From a virus: a DNA stretch of 12,958 nucleotides. The position numbers were made by a program, and so were the translations under genes. Location: IMG/VR virus record IMGVR_UViG_3300045988_165111, one strand, 5' to 3'. The notes below the pieces were generated by a model. That model was not told the origin of the DNA. It saw only the letters and a list, made by a program, of their open reading frames with translations, and ran no database searches. Positions 1 to 6,409 of this stretch are shown piece by piece. Every line of letters starts with the position of its first letter. Positions within the stretch are counted from its first letter, which is position 1.

Positions 1-43
1 CCCCCCTCTGAAAATTTCCCCAAAATCGGGGCAAAATTTGACC

Positions 44-111
44 GAAAATTTGTGCAATATTTTTCAACAAAATTTGTGTCAGAAATTTGTGCAATTTTTC
101 AACGAAAATTT
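44..111 (+). repeat. Imperfect ~30-bp direct repeat inside the ITR (GAAA(A)TTTGTGCAAT(A)TTTTTCAAC(A/G)AAAATTT), mirrored in the right ITR
   Basis: Unit 44-75 and unit 82-111 differ by two 1-nt indels and one substitution. The core AAATTTGTG occurs three times (46-54, 70-78, 83-91), with spacings of 24 and 13 nt. Confidence 0.85.
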
Positions 112-148
112 TAACGTGAAAAGTGTGTAAAATTTTTGAATGATAACA

Positions 149-196
149 CGTGTAATTTATTGTGTCAAAAATCGTGTAAATAATTGTGTCAATAAT
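149..196 (+). repeat. Tandem 24-bp repeat x2, equivalent to four 12-bp-phased (C/T)GTGT(A/C)AA units, inside the left ITR
   Basis: cgtgtaatttattgtgtcaaaaat (149-172) and cgtgtaaataattgtgtcaataat (173-196) match at 21/24 positions. GTGT cores start at 150, 162, 174 and 186. Confidence 0.9.
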
Positions 197-220
197 GAGT
201 AGAAAAGTTGAACGTGTGAA

Positions 221-257
221 CAATAAAAAAAACACGTTGCATTTCTACAACGTGTTT
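221..257 (-). terminator. Rho-independent terminator downstream of the 84-aa gene
   Basis: The minus strand reads AAACACGTT-gtagaaatgc-AACGTGTTT followed by TTTTTATTG. That is a 9-bp perfect stem, a 10-nt loop and a run of 8 T in total, lying immediately inside the ITR boundary. Confidence 0.7.
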
Positions 258-288
258 CGTGTGTTATTATGTTGTTATTCTTCAACAA

Positions 289-543
289 TCACTTTACCAT
301 TTTCAGCAAGTACGGGTAAAAGTTTTCAAGTTCAATTTCATAGTTTACAACATTCTTTACAGTATCAAGAATAGTAACATTTTTTGCATTGTCAACGGGG
401 GTTTCTTTAAAATACTTTTTTGCACTTGCATTACTGTATTTACCCGATAAATCAAATGTTTTAATTTCACTTGTATTATCGTTATACATGATTGCAGTTG
501 TTACAGTAGTTACGGGAACTTTGATTTTAATTGTGTTTGTCAT
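289..543 (-). CDS. 84-aa small beta-rich protein; candidate phi29 p6-like dsDNA-binding/origin-organising protein (speculative)
   Basis: ATG is preceded by AAAAGTGAGGT with 9-nt spacing. The gene has its own promoter (599-628) and terminator (221-257). There is weak collinear resemblance to phi29 p6 as I remember it (VTTVTTAIM vs KTTVNVAKM; VVNYEIELENF vs TEVYELPVEKF). Confidence 0.8.
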   Translation of the reverse strand: MTNTIKIKVPVTTVTTAIMYNDNTSEIKTFDLSGKYSNASAKKYFKETPVDNAKNVTILDTVKNVVNYEIELENFYPYLLKMVK

Positions 544-598
544 AATAATTTACCTCACTTTTCTTTGTTCATTTGTTAGTACGTTTCTAACTGTCTTT

Positions 599-628
599 AT
601 TATACTACTTACAATAGAAAAAATGCAA
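599..628 (-). promoter_or_regulatory. SigmaA-type promoter for the 84-aa gene
   Basis: The minus strand reads TTGCAT (628-623), an 18-nt spacer, then TATAAT (604-599). It lies in the 112-nt gap between the sigma-like ORF and the 84-aa ORF, about 55 nt upstream of the ATG. Confidence 0.6.
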
Positions 629-655
629 TAGTTTTTTCAAAATTTTATATTAAAA

Positions 656-1528
656 TTATCGTGGTAATAATCTAACTAAATCACTATCTTTTGTTTCAGC
701 AATAATTTCTTTATGTAAAACTAACATAGATTTTTGACGTTGAACTAACTTTTCAAATTTTTCTTTTAAATAAATGCTTTTTATTGCTAAATGTTCTGTT
801 GATGATATACGGGTGTACTTAAATCGTGAATATGTATAACTATATGATTGTGATGATATATCCATTAAAGTTTCATAATAATCATAGAGTTTTTCACTTG
901 TCTTTAATGTTAAAATTGCAAGTCTTTCATACATAATAAAATCATGTAATGAAATAGAATACTTTTCACAAATTTGTTGTATTGTATAATTACCATTTAA
1001 CCCGTAAACATCAAACAAAAATTCAACATCATATAATGAAATAAATTTAGACAAAATTTTTTTCATTGTATCATGTGATTTTTCAATTTCTAATCTTGTT
1101 ATTATATCATCTTCCCCGTTTAATGTATTTTCATCAACAATAGTATCAATTATTTCTAAATTATCATCATTACTTTTTATTGTACTGTTTAATGAAAGTA
1201 TTTCATAACTACCCTTTGAACTATCACATTTACTAATCATGTTAGTATTTTCACGCAAAAAATTAAATGTGTGATTATTCAGATAATTAAACATATAAGC
1301 AATAAAATTTTCATGTTCAAGGGGAAAATCATAAACCCCTTGAATGAAAAATAAATTTAGTTCTTGCCTAAAATCGTCAAATTCAATATTATGTTTTGCT
1401 AATATTCCCTTATATTTTTTTAATATTGAACCCGTCATATAACCACATTTTTTCATTAAATCAGAAAGTAACGTAGTATTCCCGTTTTTAATTTCTATAA
1501 CATCTTTAATAACTTCATCATGTGTCAT
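656..1528 (-). CDS. Sigma-70-family RNA polymerase sigma factor (sigma2 + sigma4 domains, reduced region 3) with a ~75-aa C-terminal extension
   Basis: Region-2-like: EFDDFRQELNLFFIQGVYDFPLEHENFIAYMFNYLNNHTFNFLRE (compare B. subtilis SigF EPDDLFQIGCIGLLKSVDKFD..FSTYAVPMIIGEIQRFIRD). Linker: LSLNSTIKSNDDNLEIIDTIVDE. Region-4-like HTH: VEFLFDVYGLNGNYTIQQICEKYSISLHDFIMYERLAILTLK. I chose the ATG at 1528, which forms an ATGA overlap with the upstream stop; the ORF-track start at 1558 is a TTG. Confidence 0.6.
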   Translation of the reverse strand: MTHDEVIKDVIEIKNGNTTLLSDLMKKCGYMTGSILKKYKGILAKHNIEFDDFRQELNLFFIQGVYDFPLEHENFIAYMFNYLNNHTFNFLRENTNMISKCDSSKGSYEILSLNSTIKSNDDNLEIIDTIVDENTLNGEDDIITRLEIEKSHDTMKKILSKFISLYDVEFLFDVYGLNGNYTIQQICEKYSISLHDFIMYERLAILTLKTSEKLYDYYETLMDISSQSYSYTYSRFKYTRISSTEHLAIKSIYLKEKFEKLVQRQKSMLVLHKEIIAETKDSDLVRLLPR

Positions 1529-1848
1529 TTCACTTTTCCACTTCCTCTCATATAACAATATACTTTCTTTTTATTTATTGTTTTACATTGTGCCGGAAAA
1601 CCTATGCTTGTCATTATAGTTGCAAGTGCTTTTTGTGGTAATACATTTAAACCGTTTTCAATACAAAATTTTTCATAATTTTCATAGAAAACTTTTGTGT
1701 GTTCATTCTCCATCTCTTCTATTGTAATAGTTGCAAAATATTTTAACAAACTGTCATATTGTTTTAACTGCATTTCGCACCAATTAGCGAAATTTTCACA
1801 TATATTAGAATATATTCGTTGTTCAATCTTTATTGTATCAATTTTCAT
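1525..1848 (-). CDS. 107-aa protein; possible winged-helix DNA-binding domain resembling the C-terminal domain of P4/D5-family primases (low confidence on function)
   Basis: SD AGAGGGGGT lies 9 nt upstream of the ATG. The segment VFYENYEKFCIENGLNVLPQKALATIMTSIGFPAQCKTINKKKVYCY fits the 'Y..Y..wC.e.G....sk..f...l...Gf......' pattern of primase C-terminal domains. The stop overlaps the start of the sigma-like ORF (ATGA). Confidence 0.75.
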   Translation of the reverse strand: MKIDTIKIEQRIYSNICENFANWCEMQLKQYDSLLKYFATITIEEMENEHTKVFYENYEKFCIENGLNVLPQKALATIMTSIGFPAQCKTINKKKVYCYMRGSGKVK

Positions 1849-3496
1849 TTATTGTTACCCCCTCTTTTAACAAGTCGGTTATTTCGTTCTTTTCTTCATT
1901 TGTTGCACTTGAATTTAATACAACGTCAGAAACTTCAATATATCCCGTATAATCTCCAATAACACCAAAGTCAATAGTTTCAGCACCAAACACCGTTTCA
2001 ACGTTATACGGTTTATTTCTAATAACTTCAATGTATGCAGTATCAATAATATTCTTGTTAATATTGCTGATTAACCCCACAACACTATTGTTAGTTTTTT
2101 GTACAAATGGAATGTTGCAACAAATAACCCCGTTTGTACTTTCAACAATACCCCCCGTGAAACTGCTATAAATGTTACACGTTGCGTTACCACTATACAA
2201 GTCAATAATGTATTCAATTCGTAACGTTTGCCCGATAACAAATTCATTACTTAAATAAACCTTGTCAAAATATGGTAAATTTAATATACATTCTGTATCA
2301 ATATAATCATAAACATTTTCATACTTTTCGGGTACTGTAATTGTACCAACATCAACAACCATGTTATAAGTTGTTAAACCGTTTGCAGTTACATCTGTAT
2401 CAAGTTTTCCTAAAACAATGTTTCTTTTTTCTTCTGTAATTAAATCAGTAGGAATTTCAAACGGGATTTTGAACAATGCAGTTATATATTGCCCCATATC
2501 AACATCATTCTGAAAACGCACTTTTGCAAGTTCTGTTAATTCACTTTCAACGGGGTTATAAAGTCGGGTAAATTCTCCTATTTTTTCAACTTTTTTTACT
2601 GCTATATATTCATCATTTAAAACATAATTATAACCGTTTGAAATATATGTTGTTAATGTTGTTTTATCTGTACTATCTTCAAAGAAACTTGTTATTGCAC
2701 CGTATTTATATGAAAAAATCCCGTCAAATTCATAACCGTTATTAGCAGTTAAAATAATATCGGGTTTATCATCTGTTATTACTTCCCCGTCTGAATAATT
2801 ACAAGTACAATTTTTTAATGTTCCCGTTATTGATACCGTGTAAACAGTATCAGCAGTTACATTAACAATTAAATTACCTATAATTACACCCGTTAAAGTT
2901 ATTGTTTTTTTATCATCAGAATATGTTACACTTGTATCATTTAATGCACCCGTTGTTAAACTTACGTTATTACCTTTAAATGCGTAACCGTCATTTGCAG
3001 TAAATTCAAGTGTAATATTTTCATTTTTTTCATATTCAGTTTTAATTTCAGAATTACAAACACAATTTGTATTGTTATTTGTGATTGTATATTTTGTTGA
3101 AAATTCTTCATCAATAGCAACATATAAATAAACATAACTGCTTGAATATGTGAAATTACTTGTTGCTTGCAAGTCAATAATTCCACTTGACGGATATGTT
3201 TTTATTGTGAATTGTTCCGTAACATCAACCCATGTTGTAATTGTTCCGTATGGACTGCTTGAACGTGCATGACACCAAACAGAAACTTTTTCAAAATTTC
3301 TTTTACCAAAAATTAAACGTTGATTAACATTTCTAAATGCAGAAATTGAAGTTGCAGAACTCTTATATTGTTTTGTACACGTACCACAATTAACACCACC
3401 AATTTCAACACCGAAACTGAATGTTGAAGTTGTCAACGTTGGGTTTGTTGTAGTTATGTTGTTATCTGAATTATGAATATAATACCAACTTACCAT
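1838..3496 (-). CDS. 552-aa tail protein. The C-terminal half is tail-knob (phi29 gp9)-like; the N-terminal half carries a tandem beta-repeat pair and is the likely receptor-binding module.
   Basis: The ATG lies 2 nt after the upstream stop, with GGGGGTG as SD. The C-terminal motifs YDYIDTECILNLPYFDKVYLSNEFVIGQTLRIEY and ATNEEKNEITDLLKEGVTI resemble gp9 [23 protein letters not shown] and NNNDLQEIRTIFDNGITLW as I recall them. There is an internal ~80-aa duplication with NC(V/T)CN...TAN(D/N)GY(A/E)F(K/D)G. Confidence 0.8.
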   Translation of the reverse strand: MVSWYYIHNSDNNITTTNPTLTTSTFSFGVEIGGVNCGTCTKQYKSSATSISAFRNVNQRLIFGKRNFEKVSVWCHARSSSPYGTITTWVDVTEQFTIKTYPSSGIIDLQATSNFTYSSSYVYLYVAIDEEFSTKYTITNNNTNCVCNSEIKTEYEKNENITLEFTANDGYAFKGNNVSLTTGALNDTSVTYSDDKKTITLTGVIIGNLIVNVTADTVYTVSITGTLKNCTCNYSDGEVITDDKPDIILTANNGYEFDGIFSYKYGAITSFFEDSTDKTTLTTYISNGYNYVLNDEYIAVKKVEKIGEFTRLYNPVESELTELAKVRFQNDVDMGQYITALFKIPFEIPTDLITEEKRNIVLGKLDTDVTANGLTTYNMVVDVGTITVPEKYENVYDYIDTECILNLPYFDKVYLSNEFVIGQTLRIEYIIDLYSGNATCNIYSSFTGGIVESTNGVICCNIPFVQKTNNSVVGLISNINKNIIDTAYIEVIRNKPYNVETVFGAETIDFGVIGDYTGYIEVSDVVLNSSATNEEKNEITDLLKEGVTINEN

Positions 3497-3498
3497 AT

Positions 3499-3936
3499 TT
3501 AAACACCCCCGATTGTTACAAGTATTGTTGATTTTACATCAATAGGAATTGTTACATTTGATTTATATAAATCAACTTCTTTTCTAACCTCTGATTGATA
3601 GTTAGAATTATAGTATTTATTAACGTTTTGTGATTGCTGATTTATAAAACCCGAACTTGCTAAAATATCATCTTTAAAACTTTCTAAAACATCACAACGC
3701 AAAGTGATATTATAAACACTATTCGGAAAAAGTTCTATTTTATCAACAAAATAATATCTATGAAAATCGGGTATATAAGCATAGTTTGAAAGTATCAATG
3801 TCGCACTATGCAAAATAACAACGGGGTTTACAATGTCGGTTTTGTCTTTGAATTTTATATCAAATTCATGTTCATTTTCTAACACTTTATTTATAACGTT
3901 GTTACTGCTTTTTGTATCATACATTTTCATTAACAT
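3499..3936 (-). CDS. 145-aa protein resembling the N-terminal domain of the phi29 gp9 tail knob / tail tube protein
   Basis: SD GAAAGTGAGGT lies 8 nt upstream. LSNYAYIPDFHRYYFVDKIELFPNSVYNITLRCDVLESFKDDILASSGFINQQ is collinear with gp9 [57 protein letters not shown] (from memory). Confidence 0.8.
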   Translation of the reverse strand: MLMKMYDTKSSNNVINKVLENEHEFDIKFKDKTDIVNPVVILHSATLILSNYAYIPDFHRYYFVDKIELFPNSVYNITLRCDVLESFKDDILASSGFINQQSQNVNKYYNSNYQSEVRKEVDLYKSNVTIPIDVKSTILVTIGGV

Positions 3937-3954
3937 ATTGTGTTACCTCACTTT

Positions 3955-4002
3955 CATATAAAATAAAAACGGGCAACGGGTTTTATTTTATCCCGTTACC
4001 CG
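3955..4002 (-). terminator. Strong rho-independent terminator after the major capsid gene
   Basis: The minus strand reads CGGGTAACGGG-ataaaataaaa-CCCGTTGCCCG followed by TTTTTATTTT. The stem is 11 bp with one G-U pair. It sits directly upstream of the SD of the next gene, which implies partial read-through. Confidence 0.8.
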
Positions 4003-4020
4003 TCTAACAGTAACCGTTAC

Positions 4021-5199
4021 TTATGCAACAAAGAACACAACAAAGTTTTCATTCAAATCATTAAAATAACTTGCGTCAAATTTGTAATAATTATTGAAAA
4101 ACTCTGCTTTTGCATTGTAGTTAGTTGTTACACGTCTGTCAGAATTACAAACACCCATACTATCACGGTCAAACATGATTGCAAGAATACCACCGATAGT
4201 TACATCATTACCCGTTGCAGTTTTAACAGTAATTTTTGAAGTGTTTGCAAAACTATAATCAGTTCCCGAACTCTGCCAATATGGAACACTTTCACTATTT
4301 GGAAGTGCTACATAATTTTCATGGTATGTATCACTTGACAAATAAGCAGTTGCACCACTCTTAAATTCAGACAACATTACAATATGCAGATATTCAGCAC
4401 TTGTAAAACGTTCCTTGCCCCCTACATTGAAAAGTGTAGAGATTTTAGAAAGACGGTCAACATAAAGTGCCATTGTATAACTTGCAAATCTGATAAAGTC
4501 GGCATCTGTCATGCACTTTTCAGCAGTTAAAGTTGTACCGAATTTTTCATTATAAAGTTTCAGTAAATTTACTGCTTTTGTACCCGTTGAATTTGCAAAT
4601 GTTTCGGGTAAAGTTTTTGTTTTTTCTCCCGTTGCAAATTCTGCCCATACAGTTTCACCAATCATATTGTTAATAGTTCTCATTACAAGACTGTCAATTT
4701 TTACTGTCATAGACTTGTCAACTGCATTGTAAATCATAGACACAAAACCGTTCAACTGACTTGCAGAACTGAAAGACTGTTTAACTTGCTTTTCAGTAAA
4801 TGACATAGGCACTTCAAAAGTAACCATTTTGTTAAAGAACTTTGCAGAAACAGACGGTTTATAGAAAATATCCTGTTTGTATTCTCTACCGTTTTCAAGT
4901 TCCCAACTTTCATTTTCTGTTGCGTTAGGAATGTCAGCACTAATTTTTTCAAGTACAGAACCAAACTCCCAACTATCCATAATAAGTGACGGAATGTTAC
5001 CCGTGTACGGTCTGTTTACAAAGATAACTTTACCGATATGATTTACAAGACTTTTAACATACCCGTCAACCTCTGTTGCACCGAAAATTTCTGTACCAAC
5101 TTCAACAACGTTTGACAAGTCCTCTTTTACTAAATCAGACTTACCCAAAATTTCAGTTGTTACATTGTTCATCAATTCATAAATCTGTTTAACTTCCAT
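4021..5199 (-). CDS. Major capsid protein (phi29 gp8-like, HK97-fold class)
   Basis: A 392-aa ORF with SD GAAAGTGAGGT and the strongest terminator in the window. The N-terminal LSNVVEVGTEIF and SLVNHIGKVIF resemble gp8 NVAEVGAGIL and SLVDRIGLVV. It sits in the head module. Confidence 0.8.
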   Translation of the reverse strand: MEVKQIYELMNNVTTEILGKSDLVKEDLSNVVEVGTEIFGATEVDGYVKSLVNHIGKVIFVNRPYTGNIPSLIMDSWEFGSVLEKISADIPNATENESWELENGREYKQDIFYKPSVSAKFFNKMVTFEVPMSFTEKQVKQSFSSASQLNGFVSMIYNAVDKSMTVKIDSLVMRTINNMIGETVWAEFATGEKTKTLPETFANSTGTKAVNLLKLYNEKFGTTLTAEKCMTDADFIRFASYTMALYVDRLSKISTLFNVGGKERFTSAEYLHIVMLSEFKSGATAYLSSDTYHENYVALPNSESVPYWQSSGTDYSFANTSKITVKTATGNDVTIGGILAIMFDRDSMGVCNSDRRVTTNYNAKAEFFNNYYKFDASYFNDLNENFVVFFVA

Positions 5200-5221
5200 T
5201 GTTAAATTACCTCACTTTCAT

Positions 5222-5785
5222 TTAATCAAAAATGTTTAATGTAATTGCACCGTTTACATCTGAAAATATTATATAATAAATTACATTGTTTTGCAAGTAG
5301 TTTAACGCATTTTCTAAATTTTTTGTTGCATTTTCTGTTATCCTTTTTTCATACGTTTTTTCAATAACGTTTTCATTATTCATTTTCATTTCGTTAGTGT
5401 TCGTACTTTGTTCATCATTTACAAAATCATTGTCATTGTATGCACTAACTTTTTCAACGTTTGTTTCGGTTGTATTGTTGGTACTGTTTCCCGTTTCGTT
5501 TGTTTTCTCTGTTACCGTTTCAACATAGTTTTCAAGAATAGGAAAATCAACTAAAATACTTTCATAAATTTTATCCCACTTTTCCCCATACAAATTAACT
5601 AATATGTTTGCAATTTCGGGAATGGTTAAATTTCTACCCATTTTTGAAAGTGTTCTATCTCCGTATGTATTGATATAAAACAAGTTCATTTTATCAGCAT
5701 TAAACAAACTGATAAACGGGAACGGGTGTATTTTATTCATTTCATCAAATAAATTTTCTGTTGTAAATTTCTCTGAAACTTTCAT
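5222..5785 (-). CDS. 187-aa head-module protein of unknown function with a central N/T/E-rich low-complexity linker
   Basis: SD GAAAGTGAGGT is embedded in the end of the upstream ORF. The gene lies between the putative scaffold and the capsid gene. I recognise no motif. Confidence 0.75.
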   Translation of the reverse strand: MKVSEKFTTENLFDEMNKIHPFPFISLFNADKMNLFYINTYGDRTLSKMGRNLTIPEIANILVNLYGEKWDKIYESILVDFPILENYVETVTEKTNETGNSTNNTTETNVEKVSAYNDNDFVNDEQSTNTNEMKMNNENVIEKTYEKRITENATKNLENALNYLQNNVIYYIIFSDVNGAITLNIFD

Positions 5786-5791
5786 ATTGTT

Positions 5792-6280
5792 TTACCTCAC
5801 TTTCACAATTAAATCTTTGTTTCGTTTTTGCGTTTCAAATTGCAGTTTAAAAAGTTCATTTTTATAACGCACAATTTCGGGTGTAAATGCTTTTAAATCT
5901 TGTTCGCTTAAATCATATTCAAGAAAACCTTCCATTGAACAATCAATTAAATATAACTGATATAATTCATTTGCAGTTTCTTCTAATTCTTCAATTTTAG
6001 ATTTTACACGTGCATTACTTTCTTTCAAGTTTAATAACCTTGAATTGTATTCCCTAAAAAATATATGTAATTCTGTAACACAATCAGTATATAAAGAATT
6101 TAATAAATTACCTTGTTTTTCTATTGATTGTGTCAATGTAGCAACGGGGGTTAAAACCGTGTTACTTGTTGCAGTTGTAACCCCGTTTAATACATGAATT
6201 AAATTATCACATTGAGTAATGCAGTTTTGCAATTCAAATTGAAAACGTGTTAATTCTGATTTAATAACACCAACTGACAT
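5792..6280 (-). CDS. 162-aa predicted helical/coiled-coil protein; candidate scaffolding protein
   Basis: SD AAGGGGG lies 7 nt upstream. The ORF has heptad-like, charged helical segments (NARVKSKIEELEETANELYQLYL; KNELFKLQFETQKRNKDL). It lies between the portal and capsid genes. Confidence 0.7.
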   Translation of the reverse strand: MSVGVIKSELTRFQFELQNCITQCDNLIHVLNGVTTATSNTVLTPVATLTQSIEKQGNLLNSLYTDCVTELHIFFREYNSRLLNLKESNARVKSKIEELEETANELYQLYLIDCSMEGFLEYDLSEQDLKAFTPEIVRYKNELFKLQFETQKRNKDLIVKVR

Positions 6281-6373
6281 ACAAAACCCCCTTAAAACAA
6301 ATTATTAAAACATTCATCAGAATACTTACAGAAAAAACAGTTGTGTTTACATTTGTATTTTGAAAACCATTTT

Positions 6374-6386
6374 GCATAAATTATGC
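6374..6386. promoter_or_regulatory. 13-bp perfect palindrome GCATAA-A-TTATGC in the largest non-coding gap (possible operator)
   Basis: Read directly from the sequence. It lies in the 129-nt gap (6281-6409) between the portal gene and the 162-aa gene. Confidence 0.3.
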
Positions 6387-6409
6387 GTGGAAGATAACGC
6401 AAATAAAGT

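Larger units (their letters stand above)
1..220. repeat. Left inverted terminal repeat (220 bp, perfect)
   Basis: I compared 1-220 base by base with the reverse complement of 12739-12958 and found them identical. The first mismatch is at position 221 (c) versus the complement of 12738 (a). The repeat begins CCCCCCTCTG. Confidence 0.97.

Noticed and set aside
1-6. Terminal C6/G6 as a poly-G sequencing or assembly artefact
   Set aside because: This is not fully excluded. However, the run is part of a perfectly symmetric ITR at both ends, and terminal reiterations are expected for protein-primed genomes. I kept it as a finding with this caveat.
186-450. Plus-strand ORFs 186-374 and 259-450 starting in or near the left ITR
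   Set aside because: They have no SD, low-complexity products, overlap the ITR and terminator, and run antisense to the 84-aa gene. The same reasoning applies to the other plus-strand ORFs (8032-8214, 8419-8607, 9555-9857, 9854-10126, 11266-11691, 11694-11879), all antisense to long motif-supported minus-strand genes.
389-631. 80-aa plus-strand ORF with several very hydrophobic stretches (MSTGVSLKYFFALALLYL...), tempting as the missing holin
   Set aside because: It starts with TTG, has no SD, and lies fully antisense to the well-supported 84-aa gene and its promoter. The antisense of A-rich coding sequence is T-rich, which automatically yields Phe/Leu/Ile/Val-rich pseudo-membrane ORFs.
1529-1558. 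N-terminal 10-aa extension of the sigma-like ORF as given in the ORF track
   Set aside because: That start is a TTG with no SD. The ATG at 1528 forms an ATGA stop-start overlap with the upstream ORF and is preceded by GAGAGGAAG, so I annotated 656-1528.
2962-3186. Nested minus-strand ORFs (2962-3186 and 4752-4964) in alternative frames of the tail and capsid genes
   Set aside because: They lie entirely inside longer ORFs with homology-type support, have no SD, and give lysine/leucine-rich junk-like products typical of off-frame AT-rich sequence.
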